Shown here one piece after another: positions 16,204 to 25,330 of a stretch of 25,994 bases of DNA. Location: positions 1 through 25,994 of IMG/VR virus record IMGVR_UViG_3300025592_000061, one strand, 5' to 3'. The notes beneath the pieces are model-generated. The model was not told the origin of the DNA. It did no database searches and saw only the letters and a list, made by a program, of their open reading frames with translations. The translations under genes and the position numbers were made by a program. Every line of letters starts with the position of its first letter. Position 1 is the first letter of the stretch. Source of the stretch: a virus.

Positions 16204-16875
16204 CTATTCCTCAAAAGTTGAGTTCTGCTCCAAAGCAATAAAGTAAAGAAGAGTGTCAGTTGTCCTTTGAAATCTTGAAATTCTTTTAGAGGACAACGCC
16301 ACATCATACTCCCCTTCCATCAATTTATTCAAGTTTTCCGTCTTGAAAATCATACGGAACGTTTTATCCGTAGGGCCGACACCAGTTGAAAAATTATCTG
16401 ATGATACATTACCTGTATCAGACACCAACAATCTTATTTCTGTTCCGTCACCTTCGACAATCACTTCTGGAAGACCCAACGTATTTGCTGCGTTGATGGT
16501 TTTTTTGAAGACATCTTGTGTCAGTTGAAATTCAACTTCTGGTTCTGGAAATGATATGTCTTTCTCGGGCGGTGTTTGAAACATAGAACTACTCCCACAA
16601 TAACGATATGTTGCTTCGTGTTTAGAATCGGATATCATAACACCATTATCAGTAAAATCCAATTCTGGAGCATTAAACAATGATAACGTACCAAGAAACC
16701 GACTCAGTTCATATATTGGAAAGGTTTTTGGCAACTCCTCATCGATTTCTACTGATGCCAGAATAGTATTCAATGGAGAAACAGTCCTAAGAATGTTTCC
16801 TTCTCGAAATTCTATACTCTGATTGATGTTTGCATAATTTTTCAAAAGATTGATTGTTCTTTCACTTACTTTCAT
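16204..16875 (-). CDS. 45: Sliding clamp gp45
   Basis: LLKNYANINQSI, FPIYELSRFLG, ENL..M.G.Y.V and YFIALE; synteny. Confidence 0.93.
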   Translation of the reverse strand: MKVSERTINLLKNYANINQSIEFREGNILRTVSPLNTILASVEIDEELPKTFPIYELSRFLGTLSLFNAPELDFTDNGVMISDSKHEATYRYCGSSSMFQTPPEKDISFPEPEVEFQLTQDVFKKTINAANTLGLPEVIVEGDGTEIRLLVSDTGNVSSDNFSTGVGPTDKTFRMIFKTENLNKLMEGEYDVALSSKRISRFQRTTDTLLYFIALEQNSTFEE

Positions 16876-16912
16876 TTTTATTCTCCTTATTTCAGTTTTA
16901 GTTAATAATATT

Positions 16913-16940
16913 ATTATATCACTTTTTGTGGAAATGTCAA
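16913..16940 (-). promoter_or_regulatory. Sigma70-like promoter for gene 45
   Basis: TTGACA (16940-16935), N16, TATAAT (16918-16913), with extended TG. SD AAGGAG lies downstream. Confidence 0.7.
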
Positions 16941-16941
16941 G

Positions 16942-17832
16942 TCATTTACCTCTCTTTTTATTCCTTTTTCGTTTTGTGTGTCCACTTACTTTTGCTGTAT
17001 CCAATCCATGAGCTGCAAATTCAAGATTTGCCAAACTCGTCATCGAACCAGAAAATATATAAGAACCCATATGTCCCAATTTCATCCAAGGACAAAGATA
17101 AATGTTGTATCCTAAACGTCGAACAAATTGACAGAAGAAATAATCTTCACTTAAATATCGATTACTACCTCCTGCAATGTCTCCTAGATACTCCTTTGAG
17201 TCAATCACTGTATCAAAGTATGCATGAATGTTTCTATCACCTTTGAAATGTTCTGAACGATTATGATCTGGTGTATAACTGAATTGAGGATATGCTTCAC
17301 GAAAATCATTAAACACTTGCTTTTTGATCATCATAAAACCTGTACCTATTTCTAAGACATCAACTGGTTCATCAACTTGAATTTTGTGTGTATTTTCTAC
17401 TGGATTGAAAACATAATCACCCGTGTATTCTGCTAAAATTTCGGGGTCTTCATCCGCTAGACCCGAATCAACTGCATTACGAACTTTCTCCCATGCAATA
17501 CATTTTTTCGGATAGGGGCCACCAATGATATCTTTGTCCAATGCGGCCAAAGTAAGTACATCATTTGGGTCAAAATGAATATCTGCATCTATGAACATGA
17601 GATGTGTATAATCACTTCTCATAAATTCATCACACAAATAATTTCTTGCTCGGGGAATCAAGGACTCGTTGAATAGATAAAAATATTTTAAGTCCATTTC
17701 ATATTTGGTTGCAAGTGTAGCAAGATCAGATGCAGATTTAGCATACATTCCACTACACATTCCACCATACATTGGCGTACAAACCATTATCTTTTTTTCT
17801 CGCAATTCTTCTACTGGTATTTTTACTTCCAT
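16942..17832 (-). CDS. GT-A-fold (DxD) glycosyltransferase-like phage protein
   Basis: VCTPMYGG, ESLIPRARN, FIDADI (DxD), YPKK, IGTGFMMI, YLSEDYFFC and LGHMG. Confidence 0.78.
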   Translation of the reverse strand: MEVKIPVEELREKKIMVCTPMYGGMCSGMYAKSASDLATLATKYEMDLKYFYLFNESLIPRARNYLCDEFMRSDYTHLMFIDADIHFDPNDVLTLAALDKDIIGGPYPKKCIAWEKVRNAVDSGLADEDPEILAEYTGDYVFNPVENTHKIQVDEPVDVLEIGTGFMMIKKQVFNDFREAYPQFSYTPDHNRSEHFKGDRNIHAYFDTVIDSKEYLGDIAGGSNRYLSEDYFFCQFVRRLGYNIYLCPWMKLGHMGSYIFSGSMTSLANLEFAAHGLDTAKVSGHTKRKRNKKRGK

Positions 17833-17834
17833 AA

Positions 17835-18569
17835 TTAGTACATCTCAATAAATTTGGTTAATTGTTCTTCGTTAAGGTTTGGTAAATTCACATGTTCAAA
17901 ATATGTTTTTATTTTGGAATAATTTTCTAGGATGTTATTTTCTTTTCCACCATAACGAATTTTCATTGGAATGATGGTAGGATTTTCTGTATTGTCTGTG
18001 ATGTATCCCAATCTAATCCACGGCTCCAACATCCAAAACCATGCACTTTCACAAGTAATATTATTACATACTGTTTTTATACTATCTAAAATTCTTAGTA
18101 CATTATCATATTCATAATGATCGATTGACAAAAAATCACAACTACCCTTGAAGTCGTTTGCATCACAATTAATAATTTCAATTTTGTCGTGCCATTTTGT
18201 GCCGATGTCCTTGTGATAATCTATTACTTCTTTGAACTTTTCCAGTACTGTTATTTTCGTTACTTCTGGTTTGGACGCCAACCATTGTTCTCTTGTTCCA
18301 AATCCCAATCCTGTACAAATAACATGACCTTTGGCTAATTTGTAATGTGAATAGAATTGAGATGCAGAACCATGTCTTTCATCCAAAACCATCCATTGAA
18401 TACCATCCATCGTAAATTGCCAAAACGGAACATCATAAATTTTTCTACGACTATCTAACCATACATTTATGCCATTATTATCATACGATTTGATAATTGG
18501 CGGAACGTATCCTAGTTCTCTTAATTCGTTTGGAACAGTTTCACTAAATGCAGGGTTGTTCATAATCAT
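17835..18569 (-). CDS. Class I SAM-dependent methyltransferase-like (spermidine-synthase-like fold)
   Basis: VICTGLGFG, ITVLEK..EVID, IINCDA and DFLSID. Confidence 0.65.
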   Translation of the reverse strand: MIMNNPAFSETVPNELRELGYVPPIIKSYDNNGINVWLDSRRKIYDVPFWQFTMDGIQWMVLDERHGSASQFYSHYKLAKGHVICTGLGFGTREQWLASKPEVTKITVLEKFKEVIDYHKDIGTKWHDKIEIINCDANDFKGSCDFLSIDHYEYDNVLRILDSIKTVCNNITCESAWFWMLEPWIRLGYITDNTENPTIIPMKIRYGGKENNILENYSKIKTYFEHVNLPNLNEEQLTKFIEMY

Positions 18570-19206
18570 TTACTTGGAAATTCTTTTTATATGTATCTAA
18601 ATTACAATCGGCGTCTTTCCATTGTTTATGCATTTTTTCTTCATAATCATGATACCAATCTATACGTTTTAGTGGAAATCTAGTAACTGGATAACTTGTT
18701 TTACCATCGTTATATTCCCAAAGATAAGATGAACCATTTTTCTTTTTATACCTATTTTCTGTTATATCTTTTACTATTATTCCACCATACCCATCGGAGT
18801 CTACTTTAACATCTTCATTTTGTTTTTTTATTACCCCTAATACTACAGGCAATCTAAAAAATTCAGAGTGAAATATAGACCAATCATCTAATATCCATTG
18901 ATTATCTTCTAAAATTGCTCTTCCGGCTATTCTTGCAGTATAAGGATGATCTTTAGTATGATCCCCATATCCCCCTCTTGCTTTTCTAGGCAAATCAGTT
19001 ACTTCATCAGTAACAAAATAAGTATCAATCTCTTTGCACTTAAAAACACAATCATAGAAAAATTCCATAGTTGCTACTTTTGTCTCACGATCAAAATCTT
19101 TGTACATATCTTTTATCATATTAAAATGACAAAAGGCATGCCAAGCTCTATGGTCATCACCTTTAAAGTGATTCAAACCATCTTGTATTTCTTTAATAGT
19201 AATCAT
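18544..19206 (-). CDS. Hypothetical protein
   Basis: 220-aa frame overlapping both neighbours. No family recognised. Confidence 0.7.
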   Translation of the reverse strand: MITIKEIQDGLNHFKGDDHRAWHAFCHFNMIKDMYKDFDRETKVATMEFFYDCVFKCKEIDTYFVTDEVTDLPRKARGGYGDHTKDHPYTARIAGRAILEDNQWILDDWSIFHSEFFRLPVVLGVIKKQNEDVKVDSDGYGGIIVKDITENRYKKKNGSSYLWEYNDGKTSYPVTRFPLKRIDWYHDYEEKMHKQWKDADCNLDTYKKNFQVNDYEQPCI

Positions 19207-20381
19207 CCTTCAAACTCATATTTCTTTGTGCCCAACCAGAAAGAATCGCTTTCTTTTGTCGTTGCATACCGAAACTTAACACGAAAAGTAATTTTATCTA
19301 AATCAATATCTGATCCCCACAACTTATGTTGTTTCATGAACATTTTATTTGGGTTAGTAAACCAATCTCTCCAATGTGGTCTTGCTTTTTCTAGTTGGTT
19401 TTTACTTGATACTGATCCTACTTTTAAAATCACATCTATATTAATATGGTCATCTGATTCATGATCCCTAATAATTGTTAATACCTTAACTATGAGTGCG
19501 TGTGCTGTACCACCTTCTCCTGTATTTAATACAAAATGTTCAACCACTAATACATCTGGATTATTTTTCTGGTATTCTTCAAGTGCCCTTTTTTCATCAC
19601 TCGCTATTGTTACAGTAACCCCCTCTGCATTTGTCACACTACTGGTTGCTGCACCAGAGAAAGGAAGTTGTTGGTCTGAAAAGTCAATCAGTTCAAAAAA
19701 TAAATCTTTGACATTCTTGTAAAAAGTAGATTTTGAATCAAGTTTTAAATTTTTCATTGTAATATTTAAATCATCTTCCCAAGACTCACCTTGATTATCT
19801 GTCATTACAAAATCTTTACTGTCAAAAAGATCTTTGATTGACCCAGCTACATCTTCTACAGTTCTAGCACTTTGGATAAAATCTGGATCATCTTCAATCG
19901 AAATATTTTCATTGGATTGAGCTACACCCATCCAATAATTTGCAGTTTTTCCCTTGAAAGTTCCAAACTTAACTTTCCATACTCCAATGGTATCTTTCTC
20001 TGTAATCACATTATCCGTACCATCTTTTCTAGTTTTCTTTAGAAGGCTACTAATTTTGCCCTTTGTCTTACTGTAACCAGTAATAATCGAATCTCCTAAT
20101 ACTTCATCTATATCAACCATAGGAGCTTCATTATGAAAATCATCATACTTCTTATTAGTATGTAAATTTTCCCATTGTTTGATTACACTAGCAGGAACTT
20201 CAGCCGCTCTACCACGATTCTTTGGTTTCTTTAGTTGATGGATTGCATCACTTTTGATAAGATCCTTATTTATTAAATTTATAATAGGATAATCTTTATC
20301 AAATTCTAAACTTACAATACCTTCATAGGTAGGACGCTTAGCATTTAATTCGTAATCTTCGTTAGTCTTATTTTCGTTCAT
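19203..20381 (-). CDS. Hypothetical protein, possibly with a ParB-like N-terminal region
   Basis: 392-aa frame. The segment NRGR...EAPMV...IITGYS is weakly ParB-like. Confidence 0.7.
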   Translation of the reverse strand: MNENKTNEDYELNAKRPTYEGIVSLEFDKDYPIINLINKDLIKSDAIHQLKKPKNRGRAAEVPASVIKQWENLHTNKKYDDFHNEAPMVDIDEVLGDSIITGYSKTKGKISSLLKKTRKDGTDNVITEKDTIGVWKVKFGTFKGKTANYWMGVAQSNENISIEDDPDFIQSARTVEDVAGSIKDLFDSKDFVMTDNQGESWEDDLNITMKNLKLDSKSTFYKNVKDLFFELIDFSDQQLPFSGAATSSVTNAEGVTVTIASDEKRALEEYQKNNPDVLVVEHFVLNTGEGGTAHALIVKVLTIIRDHESDDHINIDVILKVGSVSSKNQLEKARPHWRDWFTNPNKMFMKQHKLWGSDIDLDKITFRVKFRYATTKESDSFWLGTKKYEFEG

Positions 20382-20404
20382 AATAAATCTTTTTCACTTT
20401 AGTA

Positions 20405-20445
20405 AATATAAAAATAGGATGTTGCTTTTTTAAACAACACCCTAT
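20405..20445 (-). terminator. Rho-independent terminator after the AAA+ gene
   Basis: AUAGGGUGUUGUUU-AAAA-AAGCAACAUCCUAU 14-bp stem followed by UUUUAUAUUU. Confidence 0.8.
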
Positions 20446-20453
20446 GTTATTTT

Positions 20454-21638
20454 TTAGAAGGGTTTGAAATCTTCGTCTTCTTCATCCAACATTCTGTGAG
20501 CTTCTTCAGCTTCAGTCTCATCGGAAGGCATCGAAACTTTATCATCCAACTTGGAATACAAGTCCATGAAAGTGTCTTTGGTTTGGTCATCAAACCTTGC
20601 AACACACATTGCAATCGCTTTCATTCTATCTTTGAAGATCGAAAACGCATGAACAATGTGAACCAGACGGCGAGTGGCGATTATCTCATCAACTCCACCA
20701 TCATAAAAGGTTTTGCGAATCAAGTCTGCCCAATCAACCAGTTTTCCTGTAAAATCCTCATCCAGACAACCAAGAGAAAACATCAACTTATTGATGATTT
20801 TCTTCTCAACTGAAACAGAAGGATATTCCTGTTCAACTGTAATTGGAAATCTTTCAAGAAAGGCCTCGTTCAAGATGTTAGTTCCAATAAAACGACCATC
20901 TTCTGAACCTTTGCCCTTAGTGTTTGCAGTCGCCATGACTGTAAATCCCGCCTTAGGACGGATAATTCTTCCTTCTTTTTTAATCAGAAGTGGATTTCCT
21001 TCCAGAACAGGTTGTAGGCACATGATCTTGTTTGATGCAAGATCAACTTCATCCAGAAGGAGAGTTGCACCACGTTCCATCGCCATAACAACGGGCCCGT
21101 CTTGCCAAACTGTTCTACCATCGATCAATGCATAGTGACCAATCAAGTCATCTTCATCGGTTTCGATAGTAATATTCACACGAAAAAGTTCTTTCTTCAA
21201 GTCAGCATGAACTTGTTCGATCATCATGGTTTTTCCGTTTCCAGAAAGACCAGTAATGAAGACAGGATAAAATTGTTTAGATTTTTTGATGGTCTTTACA
21301 TCATTGTAATGACCAAACTTAACGTAATTGGAAACTTTTGCAGGAACATAAGATTCGGTGGGAAATTCAATAACATTAGTCGCCATAGAAATCATATTAT
21401 CTTCTTTCGTTGCCTTGGGCACCGATGCAACTTTTGTACCTCGCACACCAATATCAGGAATGCGATAAACACCTCTTCGTATTTTATTTTCATTTTTCCA
21501 TATAAACGATGGTGCATACTTAGAAAGACCTTCATTTTCTGCCCACCCCATCAACTGTTTCATGGTGACTTCACGATTGGGGAAAATCTTTCCTAGACTC
21601 TCAACAATTTTGGTTCTTTTTTCACTCAAATTACTCAT
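20454..21638 (-). CDS. MoxR/CobS-like AAA+ ATPase
   Basis: Walker A GLSGNGKT, RVNIT.ETDEDDLIG, Walker B LLLDEVD, ATANTKGKG and LNEAFLERF. Confidence 0.9.
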   Translation of the reverse strand: MSNLSEKRTKIVESLGKIFPNREVTMKQLMGWAENEGLSKYAPSFIWKNENKIRRGVYRIPDIGVRGTKVASVPKATKEDNMISMATNVIEFPTESYVPAKVSNYVKFGHYNDVKTIKKSKQFYPVFITGLSGNGKTMMIEQVHADLKKELFRVNITIETDEDDLIGHYALIDGRTVWQDGPVVMAMERGATLLLDEVDLASNKIMCLQPVLEGNPLLIKKEGRIIRPKAGFTVMATANTKGKGSEDGRFIGTNILNEAFLERFPITVEQEYPSVSVEKKIINKLMFSLGCLDEDFTGKLVDWADLIRKTFYDGGVDEIIATRRLVHIVHAFSIFKDRMKAIAMCVARFDDQTKDTFMDLYSKLDDKVSMPSDETEAEEAHRMLDEEDEDFKPF

Positions 21639-21703
21639 AACAAATCCCCATTAGGAGGGTTCACATTAAGAGAAAAGTCATCTTTTCTCATTTCCATAAT
21701 TAT

Positions 21704-21732
21704 ATTATATCAAATCCTGACAGTAATGTCAA
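21704..21732 (-). promoter_or_regulatory. Consensus sigma70-like early promoter for the AAA+ gene
   Basis: TTGACA-TTACTGTCAGGATTTGA-TATAAT. Confidence 0.82.
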
Positions 21733-21738
21733 GTTTTT

Positions 21739-24102
21739 TCACGCAACTTTTTTAATAAATGCGTTAAGAAGGATGCGATTTTGCAACTTTCCTTTGGTGC
21801 TTTTCTTTAACGCTCTTCGAATTACTGCTTTAGAAGATCCCACCTGAATCGAATCCATATGATCAACTTCGTCTATTTCAAGACCTTTGGTGTTGATAAT
21901 ATATAGTTCATCATAAACCGTTCCTGTATCAATCAAGAACTTTTCCTTGCGAAACTTTGACTTATCTTCTTCCGTAGGGTATCGTGACATTGCATAACCC
22001 AAATTACCAGCATTTCTTCTTCCAGAACCAGAAGTCAGAAAAAATCCAAGAAGATTGATTCCCAATGACCGTTTTAGTGCAAGTAAAAGAAGTGAAGTTA
22101 TTCTATTATTTTGTTTTTTAACTTCCTCTGGAAAAACTCTCATACGAGTTACTGGATCATCAATATGGGTCGATTTTTTATCAAATCTCTGAACCACATT
22201 GCTAGAGTCCAAATATTGTCTATTCCCGTTACTCTGACCATCAGTCAAAAATACTGCATTGACAATCTGAGATCTCGTTTTCATTCTAAATTCTTCAATT
22301 ACAGACTTTGCAACAACAATTGTATCATTCAATGGAGTTCCACCAAGCGTATAATTACTAGGCGTTCCATAATAACGATATTCACTACTGTAATAATTAC
22401 GATAACTATTGTCAAATCCTTCTGCAATCATAAGAAAATTTTGATATGCATTGTTCAATTCCCGATTTCTCATTCGTGAAGAAAAAATATTCATCAATCG
22501 AAGATTTTTTGAAACTACAATATTGTTTTTTTTGTAATCTGCAATTTTCTTCCCCAAGGCCGTTTCATCATAAAGACGATCCCTATGTTGTTCACGAAGA
22601 TAATCATTTTCCGCATCTTTCCAATCTCGATAGTGGTCAGAAAAAGCATAAACTTCAAAAGGAATCTGAACTTTCGAGCAGAACATGGTCAAGTTAATCA
22701 ACTGTTCGATAGTTTCTTTCATGTAACTGTACATGGAACCAGACCAATCGATGAACATAACCATACCGTGATTCTTTCCTTCTGGCAAATTTGTGATTTG
22801 CTGAAACAGATTTTCACTATACTTATATGCATGAATCTTGTTCATGTCAAGAGTTCCCTTTTTTGAATTATATGCACGACGATGAATATCTGCCGCTTTC
22901 TTCATCTCAAACTCTTTGACCATATAATTGATCATTTTACCATTGGTTGACTTAAACGTTTTCAGAAGTTCGATTCCATGTGTTTTCGCACCATCTTGAG
23001 ATGCATAAAACCCGTTACACTCTTCGAGAACTTTCTTGTAATCGATTACAAGTGCATCTGTATTGATTTTCGGAAAAGTTAAATAAAGAGGAAGTTCTGT
23101 ATATTCCCCCATATCCGTCAATTCTTCTTCTCTTTTACGATATTCTTCATCAGTAATGGAACGTGGGCCCCCCACAGACATATCTTCTCTATCACCAAAA
23201 GCATCTCCGACACCACCTTCAAAACCATTAGAAGATGCTCCCTTGGAAGGTTCTTTTTCATTTTCTTCATCAGAAGATTCTCCTTCTTTTGATTTTCCTG
23301 AACCATCTTCGTTCGAATCGGCAGAATCTTCACCACCACAATTTGAAGGCCCATCTTCTTCAGAATCATCTTCATCTTCTTCACAATCATCAGCTATACG
23401 ATCTAATTCATCACAAGCACCTGAAAGATCATTTTCCCAATTATCTTCTGAATCTTCAGATTCACCAAATTCATCTTCGGAATCTTCACCAAATTCACCA
23501 TAACTGTTATCGGTTTCCGATTCGTTTTCTTTGCACCAATCATAAAGTTCATCACAAACCTCAACGACTTCTTCCCAAGATTCGGTTCTTTCGACACGAT
23601 TGACCCAAACTTTTTCCTCATCGGAAAATTCGATTCCGTAAGCAGTTCCGGCTTTGGTATATAAATTGATACGATCAATCAGACCAATATCGTTGGGGTC
23701 AACCCCCATCTTTCTCAATCCGAAAAAATCTTCATTCATTAAACTCTTATACCCCTCGATCATCGATTTCCGAGCGCCTTCAAACTTTCTCTTAATTTTC
23801 TTTTCGATTCTCGCATCTTCTATTACGTTCAGAAAAGATTTATAACCCTTTCCTTTTTTACTTATAGAAGAATGCCATCCATCTTCAGGAGTCCAAAGTG
23901 CGTGTCCAACTTCGTGAGCACAAAAAAGGTCATAGACCTCAGAACCAGGCTTCCATTTGAGGATAGGTAGGTATAACACACGATTTTTCACATCGAATGC
24001 CGCAGTAGGGATTTTCTTGTGTTCGACCGTGATATTCTCTGCTGCCATCAATTTGGCAAGGAGAGATTTCTGTTCTATTAGGGAGGTCGCTTTGAATTTC
24101 AT
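21739..24102 (-). CDS. CobT-like VWA protein with an N-terminal HExxH metallopeptidase-like domain and an acidic linker
   Basis: HEVGHA, NVIEDARIE, a long D/E/S-rich linker, MIDAS DWSGSM, GGTPL and FLTDGQ. Adjacent to the MoxR-type ATPase. Confidence 0.85.
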   Translation of the reverse strand: MKFKATSLIEQKSLLAKLMAAENITVEHKKIPTAAFDVKNRVLYLPILKWKPGSEVYDLFCAHEVGHALWTPEDGWHSSISKKGKGYKSFLNVIEDARIEKKIKRKFEGARKSMIEGYKSLMNEDFFGLRKMGVDPNDIGLIDRINLYTKAGTAYGIEFSDEEKVWVNRVERTESWEEVVEVCDELYDWCKENESETDNSYGEFGEDSEDEFGESEDSEDNWENDLSGACDELDRIADDCEEDEDDSEEDGPSNCGGEDSADSNEDGSGKSKEGESSDEENEKEPSKGASSNGFEGGVGDAFGDREDMSVGGPRSITDEEYRKREEELTDMGEYTELPLYLTFPKINTDALVIDYKKVLEECNGFYASQDGAKTHGIELLKTFKSTNGKMINYMVKEFEMKKAADIHRRAYNSKKGTLDMNKIHAYKYSENLFQQITNLPEGKNHGMVMFIDWSGSMYSYMKETIEQLINLTMFCSKVQIPFEVYAFSDHYRDWKDAENDYLREQHRDRLYDETALGKKIADYKKNNIVVSKNLRLMNIFSSRMRNRELNNAYQNFLMIAEGFDNSYRNYYSSEYRYYGTPSNYTLGGTPLNDTIVVAKSVIEEFRMKTRSQIVNAVFLTDGQSNGNRQYLDSSNVVQRFDKKSTHIDDPVTRMRVFPEEVKKQNNRITSLLLLALKRSLGINLLGFFLTSGSGRRNAGNLGYAMSRYPTEEDKSKFRKEKFLIDTGTVYDELYIINTKGLEIDEVDHMDSIQVGSSKAVIRRALKKSTKGKLQNRILLNAFIKKVA

Positions 24103-24146
24103 GATAAATTATTGTTGAAAGGTTTACTTTCTCACTCTTTACTTAT

Positions 24147-24175
24147 ATTATAACATATCCTGACAAGGGTGTCAA
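24147..24175 (-). promoter_or_regulatory. Consensus sigma70-like early promoter for the VWA gene
   Basis: TTGACA-CCCTTGTCAGGATATGT-TATAAT. Confidence 0.82.
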
Positions 24176-24333
24176 GTTTTTTCCAAAGTTTCTTCCGAAA
24201 CATCGTTTTCGTCTTCTGGTACATTTTCTGCGTAATCGCCTGTACCATCATTTAAATGTTCATATCCAGTAAGTTTTCCCGAATACTTATCCAAAAGTTC
24301 TTTCCTCATATTTTTTAATGTCTTCGATGTCAT
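24172..24333 (-). CDS. Small hypothetical protein (53 aa from MTSKTL)
   Basis: SD AAGGAG precedes ATG 24333. The track's ATG at 24357 lies about at the predicted transcription start. Confidence 0.6.
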   Translation of the reverse strand: MTSKTLKNMRKELLDKYSGKLTGYEHLNDGTGDYAENVPEDENDVSEETLEKT

Positions 24334-24361
24334 ATCAAACTCCTTTCTCACTTTCATTTAT

Positions 24362-24391
24362 ATTATAACACAGAAATGTACTGAATGTCAA
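24362..24391 (-). promoter_or_regulatory. Sigma70-like promoter
   Basis: TTGACA (24391-24386), N18, TATAAT (24367-24362). Confidence 0.65.
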
Positions 24392-25230
24392 GTTTTTTTA
24401 TCAAAACCCATCATGTCTCTTGTGAGTTTGGTCTTTGGAACATTGGCCGCAATCCAACCCAAAAGTTGTCGTTTAATATCTATTTCTGGCCCGACAGATT
24501 TTCCCTCTTCCTTGAAGGTTAGGTAGGTGAAATCTTTGACAACGATATTTCCCTGAGATGTTTTCATTGGTTTCTTTGTGTCGGGATCGACATAAGGAAT
24601 GGTGTTATCTCTATTATTGAGAACAACCCTAACTCCGCCATTCAATCCTTTTGGGAGTTTTCCTTTGATAATATCGTACATATTCGTTGCGGCTCCCTCG
24701 TGAGAAGATAACATGATGTCTTCCGGTACAACTCTTTTACGATTTCTGTTGTTTACAATCGCAATTGCATAATTTGTCAAAACCCATGTGAGATGAATAT
24801 TTTTAGCATCATATCCTGCCTTTGTCAATTTAGGAACAATGTTTCCTATATCACTTGCATCTTTCATCGTAATATCGAACATGATATTGGGGAGTCTATC
24901 TGAATTGACATCTCTAAGTAGAAGATCAAGAGACTTGTCTTTTATTCCCATGTCCTTCACAAAACGATGTATTTTGGCAACATCTTTAGGATTTTTCAGA
25001 TTCAATCCTTTAATCTCTGGATATTTTCCTTGTGTGTCTGCCAATTTCATTAATGCGGTCTTCCATTCATCAACATCACGAATTTTGAACAATTCACCTT
25101 GCATAAAGTTTTTTATTGCAAAACCTTTTCCACTGCCAGCACCGCCTGCGAGGAAAACTATTTGACCATATCTCTTTCCCTGACCATATAGTATGAGTTT
25201 TTCTTCGAGATATTGTTGGAAATTAAGCAT
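24388..25230 (-). CDS. P-loop kinase/NTPase (zeta-toxin/AAA_33-like)
   Basis: VFLAGGAGSGKGF, RDVD, MFDIT, RNRKR..PE..M..SH. Confidence 0.72.
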   Translation of the reverse strand: MLNFQQYLEEKLILYGQGKRYGQIVFLAGGAGSGKGFAIKNFMQGELFKIRDVDEWKTALMKLADTQGKYPEIKGLNLKNPKDVAKIHRFVKDMGIKDKSLDLLLRDVNSDRLPNIMFDITMKDASDIGNIVPKLTKAGYDAKNIHLTWVLTNYAIAIVNNRNRKRVVPEDIMLSSHEGAATNMYDIIKGKLPKGLNGGVRVVLNNRDNTIPYVDPDTKKPMKTSQGNIVVKDFTYLTFKEEGKSVGPEIDIKRQLLGWIAANVPKTKLTRDMMGFDKKT

Positions 25231-25317
25231 TCGTTTTCTCTCAGATGTATGCTTTCGAAATTTCTTTCGTCGTCTTGTCCATATGCAAACCTTCTATTGT
25301 GTGTGGCGATTCACTAT

Positions 25318-25325
25318 TATTTATA
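25318..25325 (-). promoter_or_regulatory. Late promoter TATAAATA upstream of the P-loop gene
   Basis: Plus strand tatttata at 25318-25325, 5 nt downstream of the tRNA CCA end. Confidence 0.65.
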
Positions 25326-25330
25326 AGACG

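Noticed and set aside
18946-21596. Long plus-strand ORFs (18946-19464, 20713-21135, 21102-21596) and similar ones elsewhere
   Set aside because: Antisense to well-supported genes, with no SD or promoter and no protein-like motifs.
23118-23678. Several overlapping alternative-frame ORFs
   Set aside because: Shadows of the low-complexity acidic linker of the VWA protein.
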